DNA from: Octopus sinensis
Taxonomy: Eukaryota
Direction: 5' to 3'
NCBI RefSeq assembly: GCF_006345805.1
Contig: NC_043015.1
Span: 31,992,001 to 32,056,000 of the forward strand
DNA length: 64,000 nucleotides
A program made the position numbers and the translations under genes. How positions within the stretch are numbered: the stretch's first letter is position 1; every line of letters starts with the position of its first letter. This document shows positions 12,291 to 24,889 of this stretch, in pieces. Below the pieces are notes generated by a model that saw nothing but the letters and a program-made list of their open reading frames with translations, was not told the origin of the DNA and made no database searches.

Positions 12291-12310
12291 ATCTTAATAA
12301 ACTGGCGCTC

Positions 12311-12625
12311 TGCCGATTATAACAACGAAGGTTCCAGTTGATCCAATCAACGGAACAGCCTGCTCATGAAATTAATCTGCAGGTGGCTGAGCACTCCACA
12401 GACACTCGTAACCTTAATGTAGTTCTCGGAGATTCAGCATGACACAGAACGTGACAAGGCTGACCCTTTCAGTATGACAGGTACTTCTCATTTTTGCCAG
12501 CTGAGTGAACTGGAGTGAAGTGAAATAATGTGTCTTGTTCAAGGACAAAATGTGCCGCTGGTTTTCCAACTCACAACCTTATACAATCATGAACCATTAA
12601 TACTCTAACCACTAAGCCATGCACT
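12311..12625 (-). mobile_element. SINE family C/D-related copy, older
   Basis: Shares CAACGAAGGTTCCAGTTGATCC...ACGGAACAGCCTGCTC with 15077-15444. Confidence 0.75.
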
Positions 12626-13011
12626 TTCTTCATAAAACATTCCATCAAAATTTTACGTTAATTTATGTTAATTCATGTTTGAAATACCAACTTAACAATT
12701 ACAAAGTTATTTTACTAAATTCTTAATTTTTTTCAAAATAAATTGAAACCAGGTGGTGCATTTCAAGAGAAATAAGGTTTAAAAAAAAGGGGTTAAATTA
12801 AAACTCAACTGAAGCCCATTATTTGTAGACATGACTTGTTACAAGGGTGGAAGGGGGGAAGAGACTGGTTCATGTCAAGAAGCTTAGATTATTCAAAAGA
12901 GAGTTGAGAAGACAAATTTTTAAGGACAACCAAGCATGAACAGTAAGTCTTAGATGACTTACTGTTTATAGTGGCCCTCCCAAACAGGGTCAACAACAGC
13001 GAGCATTTAGT

Positions 13012-13239
13012 TTAACCCTTTTGTTACTATATTTATTTTGAGATGCTCTGTGTTTCTTTCAATTACTTTAAATACAACAAAGAATTTAGTAAAATAGCTT
13101 GGTTACCATTAAACTAGTGTTAGGAACATAAATTGTAACAAAGGTTTGGTGGTAAATTTTAATTCAAAACTTATAAAAACAAGACATTTGTACTCAGAGC
13201 CAGACCCGGTTTCAGCCGGATTGGTAATGAAAGGGTTAA
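13012..13239. mobile_element. TTAA-flanked piggyBac-type MITE, about 30 nt into the last CAB39 intron
   Basis: TTAA-CCCTTTTGTTAC...GTAATGAAAGGG-TTAA. Confidence 0.75.
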
Positions 13240-13268
13240 GAAGTGTTTGAGTAAAGAGAGAAACTTAC

Positions 13269-13412
13269 TTTGAAAACATGGAAAGCTTCAAACTGGATGT
13301 TACGGCTTTTCTCTCGCAGCATGTTCATCATGAGTTTTAGATTGTCAGGGTTTGTGATGTAGCGAGTCATTATGGTGAAATTGTGTCGGTCCAACAGCAA
13401 TTCACCCAGCAA
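13269..13412 (-). CDS. CAB39: CAB39 coding exon 6 (144 nt): [48 protein letters not shown]
   Basis: TTCCAG acceptor and AAA|GTAAGT donor. Highly conserved [12 protein letters not shown] and [11 protein letters not shown] motifs. Not in the ORF track. Confidence 0.98.
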
Positions 13413-14591
13413 CTGGAAACGTTAAAGAGAAGTTTTAGTCAGAACACAACACAACACCAACACACAAACGACGGACTTTCATACTTGAGGTATCGGTCAA
13501 TTTGAGGCAATAGTAGTAGACATAAAACGTTACAGTGGAAACTGAAGTCAGGACCAAGTGGTAGCAAAGCAAAAATTAAATAATCCTTTTTCAAACCAAC
13601 ACGAAATAATTAATCCTTTTGAGATCAACCCACCCACAACTGCCTTGCTTTTAGGATACAAATTTTCTATATAAAGTGATCTAAATGACAGTTTCCCATA
13701 AAAATTCCAAGGCGCAGTCTACTGGCTCCCCAGGCCCCAGTTGAACCATCCAACCCATGCTAGCATGGAAAACGGACATTAAATGATGATGTTCCATTTA
13801 CCAGCTTAGTAATGACCAAGATAATTTAGGAAATTTTTTTTATTTTCAAAATTAACTGCAATAAAACGGGAGCAGTTCATTCAACAAAAGGGGCCAAGAG
13901 GCACAATGTAAAATTGGTTAGAAATTATCTGAGGACATGGATGTAAAACACTCTGAAAGCAGATGTACAAGGTTTCTAATCCACTGAAGGCATTTGTTGG
14001 AAAGTGAAACCTGTTATGTTTATTTTAAGTGTTCAACATCTTGATAATTTCAAAGTCCTTCCTTCTTGTTTAGGCCCAGGTCAGCCTTGATCCAGCAGAC
14101 CTCTCATCAAAAATATTCCAACCACGACCCTCTTATTTCTTTGTTTATTTTTTGCTTTCAAATATAATAATGTCTCAAACTATATTGTTCAATGTATCCT
14201 TTACATTCTATTATTAAAGAAAAGGGCACATTATGACATTATGATTTGAAGGACATACTGACTACTATTTCTAACAGGTCAACTGGCCATGTAGAGGCTT
14301 CCAGTACAAGCAGATACACAGCTTTCCTTGCTGGACCATCTTACCACATGGTACGTACTGACAGCAAGATGGAATGAGTCATGAAAGCCAAATGGTTTGA
14401 CTAAAACCACAGAAACGCCATTGTAATGTGAACCCCTGACTTCAGTTTGTAGGGCCCTTAGTTGGCTCAGTCAATCACTGTTCAGTTTGTAGGGCCCTTA
14501 GTTGGCTCAGTTGGTTACTACCTGAAACCGTTTTTGTAAGACTGATACAAATATTTGTTCTCTGACACGATCTAGCAATAAAATTACTTAC

Positions 14592-14717
14592 TTTCAATGC
14601 CTGCCTTCTTGTAACATAGTTCTCAGAATTTAGGAGCCTTTGGTAAGTTTCAAAGACTTTATCATAATTATTTTCCAAAAACTCAGCACTAAGCATCTTA
14701 TGTTTCGTTAACAATTC
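14592..14717 (-). CDS. CAB39: CAB39 coding exon 5 (126 nt): [42 protein letters not shown]
   Basis: TTTCAG acceptor and AAA|GTAAGT donor. MO25 motif LL.SENYVT.RQ.LK. Confidence 0.97.
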
Positions 14718-15076
14718 CTGAAAGAAGAAAAAAAAAAGAAAAATCAAGATCATTAGGATTACTTTTCAAATCATTTTGTAACAAAGTCATAAATTTTGGA
14801 TTCTCTTCCGTAAGAAATTTCATCAAGAAACCTCAACTATTGTAGAGTAAAATGATAATTTACCATTAGTTAATCTTGGTTTGAAGATAAATTATATTTA
14901 AGCGAAATAGACAAATATATTCCAGCTTTGACTATATCCGGAAAGAACACACTGTTTAAATGTGTGATGAATTGTAAATAAGATCGTATATTTCTAATCA
15001 TTAACTTCATCTTTACTTACAGACATTTAAAAAAAAATCTCCAATACATTTAGATCAACAATATATACATAGTACT

Positions 15077-15444
15077 GTGGAAGCACTCCGTCGGTTACGA
15101 CAACGAGGGTTCCGGTTGATCCGAATCAACGGAACAGCCTGCTCGTGAAATTAACGTGTAAGTGGCTGAGCACTCCACAGACACGTGTACCCTTAACGTA
15201 GTTCTCGGGGATATTCAGCATGACAGAGAGTGACAAGGCCGGCCCTTTGAAATACAGGTACAACAGAAACAGGAAGAAAGAGTGAGAGAAAGTTGTGGTG
15301 AAAGAGTACAGCAGGGATCACCACCATCCCCTGCCGGAGCCACGTGGAGCTGTAGGTGTTTTCGCTCAATAAACACTCACAATGCCCGGTCTGGGAATTG
15401 AAACCGCGAGTCCGCTGCCCTAACCACTGGGCCATTGCGCCTCC
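15077..15444 (-). mobile_element. Young tRNA-derived SINE family C with 10-bp TSD
   Basis: Head TGTGGAGGCGCAATGGCCCAGTGGTTAGGGCAGCGGACTC...GGTTTCAATTCCC. ACATAGTACT is repeated at 15067-15076 and 15445-15454. Confidence 0.85.
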
Positions 15445-15762
15445 ACATAGTACTAGATTAGATTGAAACTAGCAACATTTATATATTGTTTCTTTGTTTT
15501 AAATTTATGACAATTTCATTCCTTGGTAATTTGTAATTTCTTTTCTCATACCATATATTTCAGCCATTAAGGGCTTCTCCTCTCAATAAAGCTTTCCACG
15601 TCAATGCTTTATCTTACTGAACTCATGTAGAGTTAGAAATGTGAAGATCAGTTATTTATATAGAAATGAACCAAATTGATATAACCTGTTTCTTAATATT
15701 TCTCACAGAAAGTAGAAAGTTGCAGCATTAAACAGATTAACAAGAGAAAACATGGGGAATAC

Positions 15763-15931
15763 CTTGAAAGTGGAGAAGGCATCTGAAGCAATATCAAATG
15801 TGGACATTTCAACATAGTGGAAAAATTTATAGAATTCATCTGAATAAAGCATTATCTTGGCAAGAGGTTCATAGCGGCAGCATTCTCTCAGCATCATACC
15901 ACAGTTCAGAGCAATTTCTTGCTGGTCATAG
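15763..15931 (-). CDS. CAB39: CAB39 coding exon 4 (169 nt): [56 protein letters not shown]
   Basis: TTGCAG acceptor (phase 2, completing the GGC codon) and AAG|GTATTC donor. MO25 motifs IALNCG.MLREC and [13 protein letters not shown]. Confidence 0.97.
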
Positions 15932-16208
15932 CTGCAAAATAAGAGTTGGATTAACTGTTGTATAAACAATATTGAAATAAACATTTCTTTCATGGACATG
16001 ACACTTTGAGGTTTACAGTCAGAAGAAACAAAAGAGAACCGAAGTCTCTAAGTCCTTTTCAAACTTATTAAAAATGTAATTGAAGAAGTCATTTAATCAT
16101 AAATTAGTACTAATCCAGCAAGTCCTATGACAAAAGATGTTCTAGCTGTAGCCGACTGGTCTCTTATTTAAATAGTGTGTCTACAACTATAATAGGTGGA
16201 ATTATGGT

Positions 16209-16388
16209 TTAACCCCTTACCTAACAATTATTTTGAAAATAAATGTATTTTTTCAGACATATTTTTTAATTGTTTTAATTCAGACAGATTTTGTCGAGTC
16301 TATCTTTTGACGAGTTAACTTGCCAGAGATAGAAAAAAACGATTTCGGTCAAAACGCATATATTCGTTTCTGCCGGGTAAGGGGTTAA
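16209..16388. mobile_element. TTAA-flanked MITE
   Basis: Perfect terminal inverted repeat TTAACCCCTTACC...GGTAAGGGGTTAA. Confidence 0.75.
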
Positions 16389-16583
16389 ACATGCCACGTA
16401 ACTTACTTTTATGGATACTTTTCACTAAATGATAATACTATGTACAACATAGATTTGTTGGTGAAGAGTGTGTCAACCTCAGTACATGACTGGTGCTTAT
16501 TGTTCCAGGAGAGAATTCAAACTCAGGAGATAAGGATATAAAAGTACACGGAAGATATTTACAGACTGTCTTTAAACTACTTA

Positions 16584-16960
16584 AGTGCAGGCATGGCTTT
16601 GTGGTAAGTAACTTGCTTACCAACCACATGGTTCTGGGTTCAGTACCACTGCATGGCACCTTGGGCAAGTGTCTTCTACTATAGCCTCGGGCTAACCAAA
16701 GTCTTGTGAGTGGATTTCATAGATGGAAACTGAAAGAAGCCTGTCTTGTGTGTGTGTTTCTTTCTGTCTGTTCCACCACCATTGACAACTGGTGTTGGTG
16801 TGTTTACATCCCTGTTACAGTGGTTCAGCAATATAGACCAATAGAATAAGTTTAAGTCTTCAAAGAATGTAAGTCCTGGGGTTGATGTGTTCGACTAAAA
16901 ACCCTTCAAGGTGGTGTCCCAGCATGGCCACAGTCCAATCATTGAAACAAGTAAAAGATA
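16584..16960 (+). mobile_element. SINE-A, diverged full-length copy (CAB39 intron)
   Basis: Head, core and GAAACAAGTAAAAGA tail recognisable. Confidence 0.85.
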
Positions 16961-17155
16961 CTTAATATAATAATAATTTCTAACATAGACACAGCATCCT
17001 ACATTTGGGAGAAGGGGACAGTCAATTATACAGACTCTAATCCTTAACTGGTACTTTATCAACCTCAGTGAGGTTCGAATTCAGAGCAAAGAACTCTTGC
17101 CAGCCATCTTAAGGATTCTAATTAGAATAATGGTAAAGTTGAATAAGTTACCTAC

Positions 17156-17274
17156 CCTTTAATCAGGTCAAATAGAATTTCTGGACGTGTACAAATATAT
17201 TCAACTGTTGGTGATCTTGAACCAATCTGTCTCCGCAGGAGGTTGTTAAATATGGCAACAACATCTTTCCGACC
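17156..17274 (-). CDS. CAB39: CAB39 coding exon 3 (119 nt): [40 protein letters not shown]
   Basis: CAG acceptor and GG|GTAGGT donor. MO25 motif KDV..IFNN.LRRQIG.R.PTVEYI. Not in the ORF track. Confidence 0.97.
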
Positions 17275-17549
17275 CTGTCGATATAATCACAAGATGAAGT
17301 GAAGAATTACATGATGACAAAGAAAACGAAAGAGGAGATGAAGAGAGAGGAAAGTTTCTCGTTTGCTGCTCGTTTATTGTTGCTTTATTACTGTTAATAT
17401 TTTATGTATCTGCATTCTTACTGTTATCTCTCACCGACACACACACCTAGCTTACACCACCACCATGCATGTATGTATGTGCATATACACACACACAGAT
17501 GCGTACGCATAGGGACAAAGTGGAGAAAATATCACTTTATTAAAGATAA

Positions 17550-17705
17550 AAAACTTCTCAAATTGTTGCTCAAAGTTTCACGTACCTGATCATCAGACAG
17601 AAGTAAAACTTTAGAACACTTATAATGCATTATATTTTTCCAAAAGTTTATTTCTATCAGATGAACAGTTACGTGAAAGTCTGAGTAACAGTGTTTGTGA
17701 AGCAT
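17550..17705. repeat. Inverted repeat whose arms are degenerate hammerhead-ribozyme motifs
   Basis: The reverse complement of 17562-17612 matches 17643-17692 at 41/51 positions. The arms contain CTGATGA/CAGATGA...GAAAC/GAAAG...GCA/GTA. Confidence 0.65.
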
Positions 17706-18296
17706 TTCAACCTTAATAGAACAGTGTGTATATATATTTGGTTGCCTTTAGTAGAGTCCACTCATACAAACATTCAGGCCATATTTTTGGCCTAAAGATA
17801 ACTTTCTTCCTCTCAACAAATCACATAGACCCTCCCTCCCAACCCTTCTCTTTCTCGTGTGTGTGTGTGCATCTCAGACCCTCATTTCATTCCTAGATGG
17901 AAACGGGGCAATGTTGCAACATATGGTGCATCTGAGACATTCTTTTCAGACTTGACAAAGCTCATCCCTCTCTGGATGTGATAACAGCTGATTTCATAGA
18001 GGCAGAGAAGAAATGACCCAAGTACAGCACTGGTACTTTATTGACTCTGAAAGCATGTAAGCCATGTTAACCTCAATGATATTTGAATTCAGACTGCTGA
18101 GAAACCACAAGTCCAATGCCAGAGAATGACACGGCCCCTATAATCTGTAAACATAACCGGGTGGTTGAGAAGTTTGCTCTCCAGCCACAGGCTTTTAAAT
18201 CCAGGACCACTTGAGCAAAACTGACTGAAGCCTTGTGAGTGGATCTGTGTGTGTGTGTGTTGCTGTTGCCTTGACATTGTATAATTGTGAACAAAT

Positions 18297-18688
18297 AGGC
18301 GCAGGAGTGGCTGTGTGGTAAGTAGCTTGCTTACGAACCACATGGTTCCAGGTTCATTCCCACTGCGTGGCACCTTGGGTAAGTGTCTTCTACTATAGCC
18401 TCGGGCCGACCAAAGCCTTGTGAGTGGATTTGGTAGATGGAAACTGAAAGAAGCCCGTCGTATATGTATATGTGCGTGTTTGTGTGTCTATGTTTGTCCC
18501 CCCCAATATCGCTTGACAACCGATGCTGGTGTGTTTACGTCCCCGTAACTTAGCGGTTCGGCAAAAAGAGACCGATAAAATAAGTACTAGGCTTACAAAG
18601 AATAAGTCCTGGAGTCGATTTGATCGACTAAAGGCAGTGCTCCAGCATGGCCACAGTCACACGACTGAAACAAGTAAAAGAGAGTAAA
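18297..18688 (+). mobile_element. SINE-A, young full-length copy (CAB39 intron)
   Basis: Near-consensus head AGGCGCAGGAGTGGCTGTGTGG through to the tail. Confidence 0.9.
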
Positions 18689-19224
18689 TAGTAAAATGTC
18701 ACCATCATGCAAGTGTTGACCTCCATTTCCAATCTTCAAGGAAAACATGTCTGGCCATGAGGAAATATTACCTTGCTTGGAAACAGGTGAGGCTTGGTGA
18801 CAGGAAAAGCAACTGACTTTTGAAAATCTGCCTCAATAAAATTCCGTCCGAACCCATGAGAGCATAGAAAAGTAGATGTCAAACCAATGACATATGTACA
18901 GCAGTGTAGTTAACAAGTTCACTTTGCAACCACATGATTTCCACACTGTACAGACCTTACAATCTTCTATCATAAGCTTGCAGACATTTGGGGCTTTTTT
19001 TCAGTTGGATGGCCTCCCTACCCAACTAACTACTTAGTTGTGAAATAAGGTTAAAGTTGGTGCCAGCTCAGCAACCAGAATGGTGTATATGAGTGAGCGA
19101 GAGAGAGAGAGTTGAAATCTGCAACTTTTATCAGAGAAAACTTATCCTTTCACATCTGTTGACCATCAATGTAACCAATATTTGATATTCAAGCATATCT
19201 ATGGAACAATTTTTGGCATCATAC

Positions 19225-19570
19225 AGGCACAAGCATGGCTGCACAGTAAGAAGTTAGCTTCCCAATCACATGGTCCCTGGTTCAGCCCTACTACATGGTA
19301 CCTTTAACTGTAGCTTTGGACTTATGAGTGGATTTGGTAGACGGAGACTGAAAGAAGCTCATATATATGTCTGTGTGTGTGTCCCACCACTGCTTGTCAA
19401 CTAGTGATGGTTTGTTTATATCCCTGTAAGTTAGCAGTTCAGCAGAAGGGCCCCAACAGAATAAGTACCAAGCTTAAATATGTACCGGGAGGTCAATTCA
19501 GTCAACTAAAAATTCTTCAAGGCAGCAGTGCCTCAGCATGGCTGTAGCCTATTGACTGAAACAAGATATA
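19225..19570 (+). mobile_element. SINE-A, old copy
   Basis: Degenerate head, core and tail. Confidence 0.75.
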
Positions 19571-19975
19571 CAGCAGTGTCTTATATAACACTGTACTGTC
19601 TCAGATGGCAAATACAGAAGACACTATACATACATATCCACAGATTACATAGAGGTTACACAGAGCAAGAGAATATAAAGTGCTGTTACTGTTCTGGCTC
19701 AATGTCAGCCCTGATTGAGCAATTCTGGTTTATCCAATGTATCTAATTTCTGAGATTGCTTTACCTGCTGTTTTTATCAGGTCAAAAGCTCATATTGTAT
19801 GACAATCATTGTTATACAATCTGTGCACGCAGGCATAGCAGCAGTAAGAAAAAGCTAGTTTTCATGTTTTTAGGGGTTGAATAAATGAACGGACAGGCAA
19901 CAGGATGTTAAAAGGCAGACAAAATGCTGTTGTTTTATGGAACGAGTGAAAACTGATAGGTTGGAGAAGACTTAC

Positions 19976-20140
19976 CTCAAAATCGATTTTGTTGAGGTTC
20001 TTGATCAGAACTTGAAACATGTTGCCATTGTACATCTCTTGAGCCAGCTGAGCCACCACTTCTGTGTGGGGCTCCTGGTCTCCACTCCCATAAAGCATGT
20101 TGCGAATAATATTCAAGTTTTTCGATACTTCCTCAGAAGC
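19976..20140 (-). CDS. CAB39: CAB39 coding exon 2 (165 nt): ASEEVSKNLNIIRNMLYGSGDQEPHTEVVAQLAQEMYNGNMFQVLIKNLNKIDFE
   Basis: TTTACAG acceptor, GAG|GTAAGT donor, phase 0/0. Typical MO25 motif EEVSKNL...VAQLAQE...IDFE. Confidence 0.97.
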
Positions 20141-20476
20141 CTGTAAAGTTATAGAAAGCAAAACAAAATAAAAATGACCAAGTCTTTTAGCTTTTGTGAA
20201 ATTCGTTATATGAACATCTTTGTCCTTAAGAATAATAATTCAACAATTAAGGTAAATTATTTTTCAATATTTTCCTCTTAATGAAGCCAACGTTGATAAA
20301 TAGTTAAGTTATATTAAGAAGTTCAGGAGAATAAATTAGGAAATACTACATAGTTTGAAATATTTTCATCAGAGTATAAATAAAGAAACTGCAAAGTTAA
20401 CCTGCTTCATCTGCTAAGGAACATATTAGAGACAGAGAGAGAGCTAAAATAAAATTTGAAAACTGATACACAATTC

Positions 20477-20704
20477 TTAATCTTTTAGTATTTAAACTGA
20501 CCATATCTGGCCCAAATATTCTAACTGTTTTATGTTCAAACTGACCAGATCCAATCTCTCAGACCTACCCTTTGATGTCAGTCTAAAAATAAACAATCAC
20601 ATCATTGAAATCTCAAAGCTATGAGATAATGTACAATTAATTGCAAATAATGTGAATAAATAAACACTACATTTGACCGAGTACTCTGAATGCTAATGGG
20701 TTAA
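20477..20704. mobile_element. TTAA-flanked piggyBac-type MITE
   Basis: TTAA-TCTTTTAGTATT...AATGCTAATGGG-TTAA. Interior homologous to 1411-1597 and 44335-44561. Confidence 0.75.
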
Positions 20705-21591
20705 ATGTAGTTACAAGACTCAGTTTTCACAGCTTGTAGTCAGCAACATAAGAAAACTTTAATTAGTTTTAAACATGATTAGTGGAGTGCTGCAATATGC
20801 CCAGTCATAATTGGACTTCAACATTTATGCAACTGTGCTCCAACACATCCGCAATTATAGCTGGATTTAATTAAGTATGGAGTAGTGTTTCTAATATGTC
20901 CACAGTTTTAATTAACTTTAAATGTCTATGGTGTAGGGTTCAATATATCCAAAGTAAGAATCATTCAAACCAATGAGAGAAATATATTGCTTGCTTAAAT
21001 TTCATCTGAAAAAATGTCTAATACTCTTTTTGAGACAGTACAAGTGTAAGAAGAGGGAAGTATTTAGTTGACTAAATCAGTTTTATTGATACTGGAAATA
21101 TAATATCAAAGCAGGTAACTTTGTTGAATTCTAAATAAATGCAACTAAAAGCTGAAAAATATTGAGCCTGGTACTCCGTGTTTCTTCCAAATCCCCAGCC
21201 AAGGTGTTGGTGACGTTGAATAACCAGAAACAATGAAGAGTTGAAGATCCACACGAAATAACCACAAAAATATGAGTTCATGGCAGAAATGAACCTCATT
21301 CTCTTATGCAGAATTTCAAGTTGTTTTAGCTGTGCATTTGGTTGGGCAAATTTGTGAAAAGACAATGTACAAGTTCTGCCAGTTAAAACTAGAAGATATT
21401 AGAAGAGTCATTTAAATACTGACTATTAATTAGAAGGGAACTTCTTCCTAAAAGGGTTTCCTTTTAACTTTAGGGGACTAAACAAACAGTAAATAATCGT
21501 TATCCTTGAATTAATTTAGCCATACACTGAATAGAATTTCACTTTTTTTTTTACTAAAGAAAAATTAACATTTTGAAAACAATATATTTAC

Positions 21592-21705
21592 CTTATCCGA
21601 CTTCTTGTCACCCCTTCCGGGCTCTTTTGATAATGATAGCATAGCATCTCGCAGACTTTTAATTAATTCCTGTGGACTTTTGGGAGATTTTCCAAACAGT
21701 GGCAT
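21592..21705 (-). CDS. CAB39: CAB39/MO25 coding exon 1 (114 nt): MPLFGKSPKSPQELIKSLRDAMLSLSKEPGRGDKKSDK
   Basis: ATG at 21705 and donor AAG|GTAAAT. Resembles the MO25 N-terminus (MPFPFGKSHKSP...). An acceptor (TTTTTATTCCAG) places the exon start at 21737, giving 32 nt of 5'UTR, so at least one upstream non-coding exon exists. Confidence 0.95.
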
Positions 21706-24700
21706 TATCTACCAAGAGGACTGGTGAAAATCTTATACTGGAATAAAAATAAAATATCAGGATGAGCTACAGCAGAAAAAAATCATTTTTAAAACTTCAG
21801 AAATGTCAATGTAACAGAATTTGAAACATGGGAATTTTAAGGCAAAACATGGAAGACTGACTAAAAGAATCTTAAATTTCTGTCAAATTGGTTCTACATT
21901 TGTCAATAGCTAAAAGAAATCCTATATTTAGAAAAAACTAGTTTTAAGTTTTGATTTCAAGAGTTTCACTAGAGACACGATTATTTTGAGTGGCTTCCTA
22001 TGTGAAGCAGGTTAAATGACTAGAACACCTGAGTGGTACATGGATAATTTTACTAAAGAATTAGTCATGCAGCCTGGTACCGTTATAACTTTTTCAGTCA
22101 CTTTGATGAAACTAGGAATATGCGATAAATCTGCCTGTGAATCAGTGAATATGATGAGTTGAAAACCGTAAAATTATTCATAGCATGACAAGATTTCTGG
22201 AAAGAGTTGGCTAATTAGAGAACCACAAACTAATAATATAAGATGTACAAATTCATGGAACCATAGCTAATGAGGAAGACTTCAACTGCTAGAAATCACA
22301 CCTTACTACACTGAAAAGGGAGAAAGAGATATTGGACAATATAATGTAATCCTAAATACCCCTATAACAGATAGGATGGTTGGGCAAGGCTGGAATGCAT
22401 TTGGTCTTAGGTTTGCACATTTAAGGTTGATATGGGACTACACAACAAGATTTCTGTTCAATGTCAAAGACAAAAACAGCCAACGTCAAGATGAAACAGT
22501 GAAAAGAAGAGAATAGCTGGACAAGTCTATTGATTCCAGTTACAAGGAGAGAAACCTCAACATCAGATGACAACAGCCACGCCAACAGCACCATCTTCCT
22601 CTTCTCTCCATTGTAAGACATGAGCTTGATGAGACATTAGGCTTTCCAATCCCCATGGCAATCTTACTGAGATTCTACAAACTCACTTTTTCATTAATTA
22701 CTGCCAACACAAAACCTCACCCATTGCTGCCAATTCTAGACTCCACCTTATAAAACTGAACTAACTTTGACATAAAACACTAAATTTATCACTGAGCAAT
22801 ATTGTGACCACTGGTCAGCATAAAATAATCTACAGCACACCAGTATATACTCTGAGTTAAATACTCTATAGTACAGTAGTGTAACAAATTTTATATTGAT
22901 GTACTACAGCTGATATAACAGGCATTATCATGTACTACAGTTGATACAACCAAACATGTAATATGAAATATCCCTCTAAATGACCAGACGGTCTTGGGTA
23001 GACTGCCTTTAATTCTGGATCTGCTTAATCTAGGTTGTTCTGAGGCAAAAGCAACAACTAATCAAAGCAATCACATTAGATGTAGGCCATCTTATTATTA
23101 CTAGCAGGAAACAAGAAAGGTTATTTCTATATATTTGCTTTATTTATGTTCCAGATTCCAAGATATTTTCTGATGAGGAAAAAAACTTAAATCTGCTGTT
23201 GATTGTTCACAATTGGTGCCGTTCTAATATTAGCAATGATACAGTTTCCAGACTAAACCACCCAACATACTAATTCACTCATTAGTCAATAATACAACAG
23301 CTAATTTTTCACTCAACTTGTTTTCTCGTTTGGTATTTAGTCTGAGGAAAAGAGAAACTGTGTCTGCTGTATACTGCTTGGTTGTAAGGAAACACGTCAA
23401 AAGAGAAGGGAGTTCCAGCTCTGGAGACTAAGGACCAAGTGAGATATTTACTTAGTTATGGTAACATTATAACAAGAGATGGCACATTGAGTAGAGTTGA
23501 GCAGCAGATGTACAATAGTTAACTTAAAGGAACAGAAACTGTCATAATAGAAAAAGAAGAGACAACTAATGATGCAGTGTTTGTGCCATTTTGGTGAATG
23601 GAGCTTTATCTATCTGTTGGATGGTTTCCCAAGTGCTCACTCATGCTTATATATTATCAACATCACTTTGATGATATACAAAAGTAGGCGAGACTGAAGG
23701 CTTGAGAAGGGCTTGATGAGAATGGTTGAGAACTGATTGCTTATGTATATAAACCAATGTATAGTGAGGAAATGGTTCCTCTAGCCAACTGAAATGATCA
23801 AAATCTAGAATAAAGTTATGTAATATAATCTGCATATTTTTCTGGTCTGATTGCTATTATGCTCTGCAACCGATGTATCAGCATACTGATTGGTAAATGT
23901 CCTCAGATTTAGTTTGCAAGTTTTTTGCCTGCTGGGTTTCACCAAATTTCTATATTGCTCATTTGACATTCTGTGAACCAGGTTTTTTTTTCCCACATGC
24001 AGTGCTGATGATCGTATTAGCCTGGATGTCTTCACTCCCTATTTTCCATCCCTATATACACCCACACTCAGATACAAACACAAGCAAACAAGGAAGACTG
24101 CACATTGGCATACTTAAAAAAACACAAACAATACATTCAGATAATGCAATCCAAGATACACTACGTCCGAATAAAAGCTGATAATCATGAATGGAGAATT
24201 ATTCCTCAGAGATCTCTGCTGAGCAGGAATGACCGGATGCTAAACAACAAGAAGTGCTACTTTGTGACTCCCACCACCTTGAGATATCATTATCATGTTT
24301 AAGGGTCACAGGTACCATATTCCTGGCAAATGACACCCACTAAGGCTCCCAGTTGATGTTGTGACACGTAAAGTAAAAACAGGAATTTTTTCCTGCTGAA
24401 ATTTGAAGATTAATGAGTGAAAGGTGTCCATTGTATGAGAAGTGAAATAAATACAAATAGAAGAATGCCGTTTCTTTTGTCTTGTATTCCAAAAAGAATG
24501 AAGGTGGTACATGTTGGGCAGAGTTTATAGAAACCCTTCTGGTCACCAAACGAGATAACATTTCCCCATGACCTGACATGTTTGTGAAGCAGATTGGAAA
24601 TGAATGAAACTCACAGACAAGAAACAGGCAATGTAAGACAAAGAAACACAAGCACACACACATATGACACACTTCTAAGATGTGAGATGAAGGAGTGAGA

Positions 24701-24889
24701 AAGGATCTTCAGACACTGGGCCTCACTGAGATGACAAGGGAGTGGGACTTGTGGTGATTTGCTGTACTTGAGAAAACATGTAAAACTAAGTAAAACAGCA
24801 GCCATCCACACATCCAAAGTGTGGTCTTTATGGCCATGCTGCCATGATCTCTCCCAGCTGAGCGGTCTTTGTCTTTCAGGTGCTGGTGC

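Noticed and set aside
20345-20378. Hammerhead-like CUGAUGA...CAAAC UAU GUA on the minus strand
   Set aside because: G12 is missing, helix II is only A/U with no loop and the helix I register is off. Plausible by chance in AT-rich DNA.
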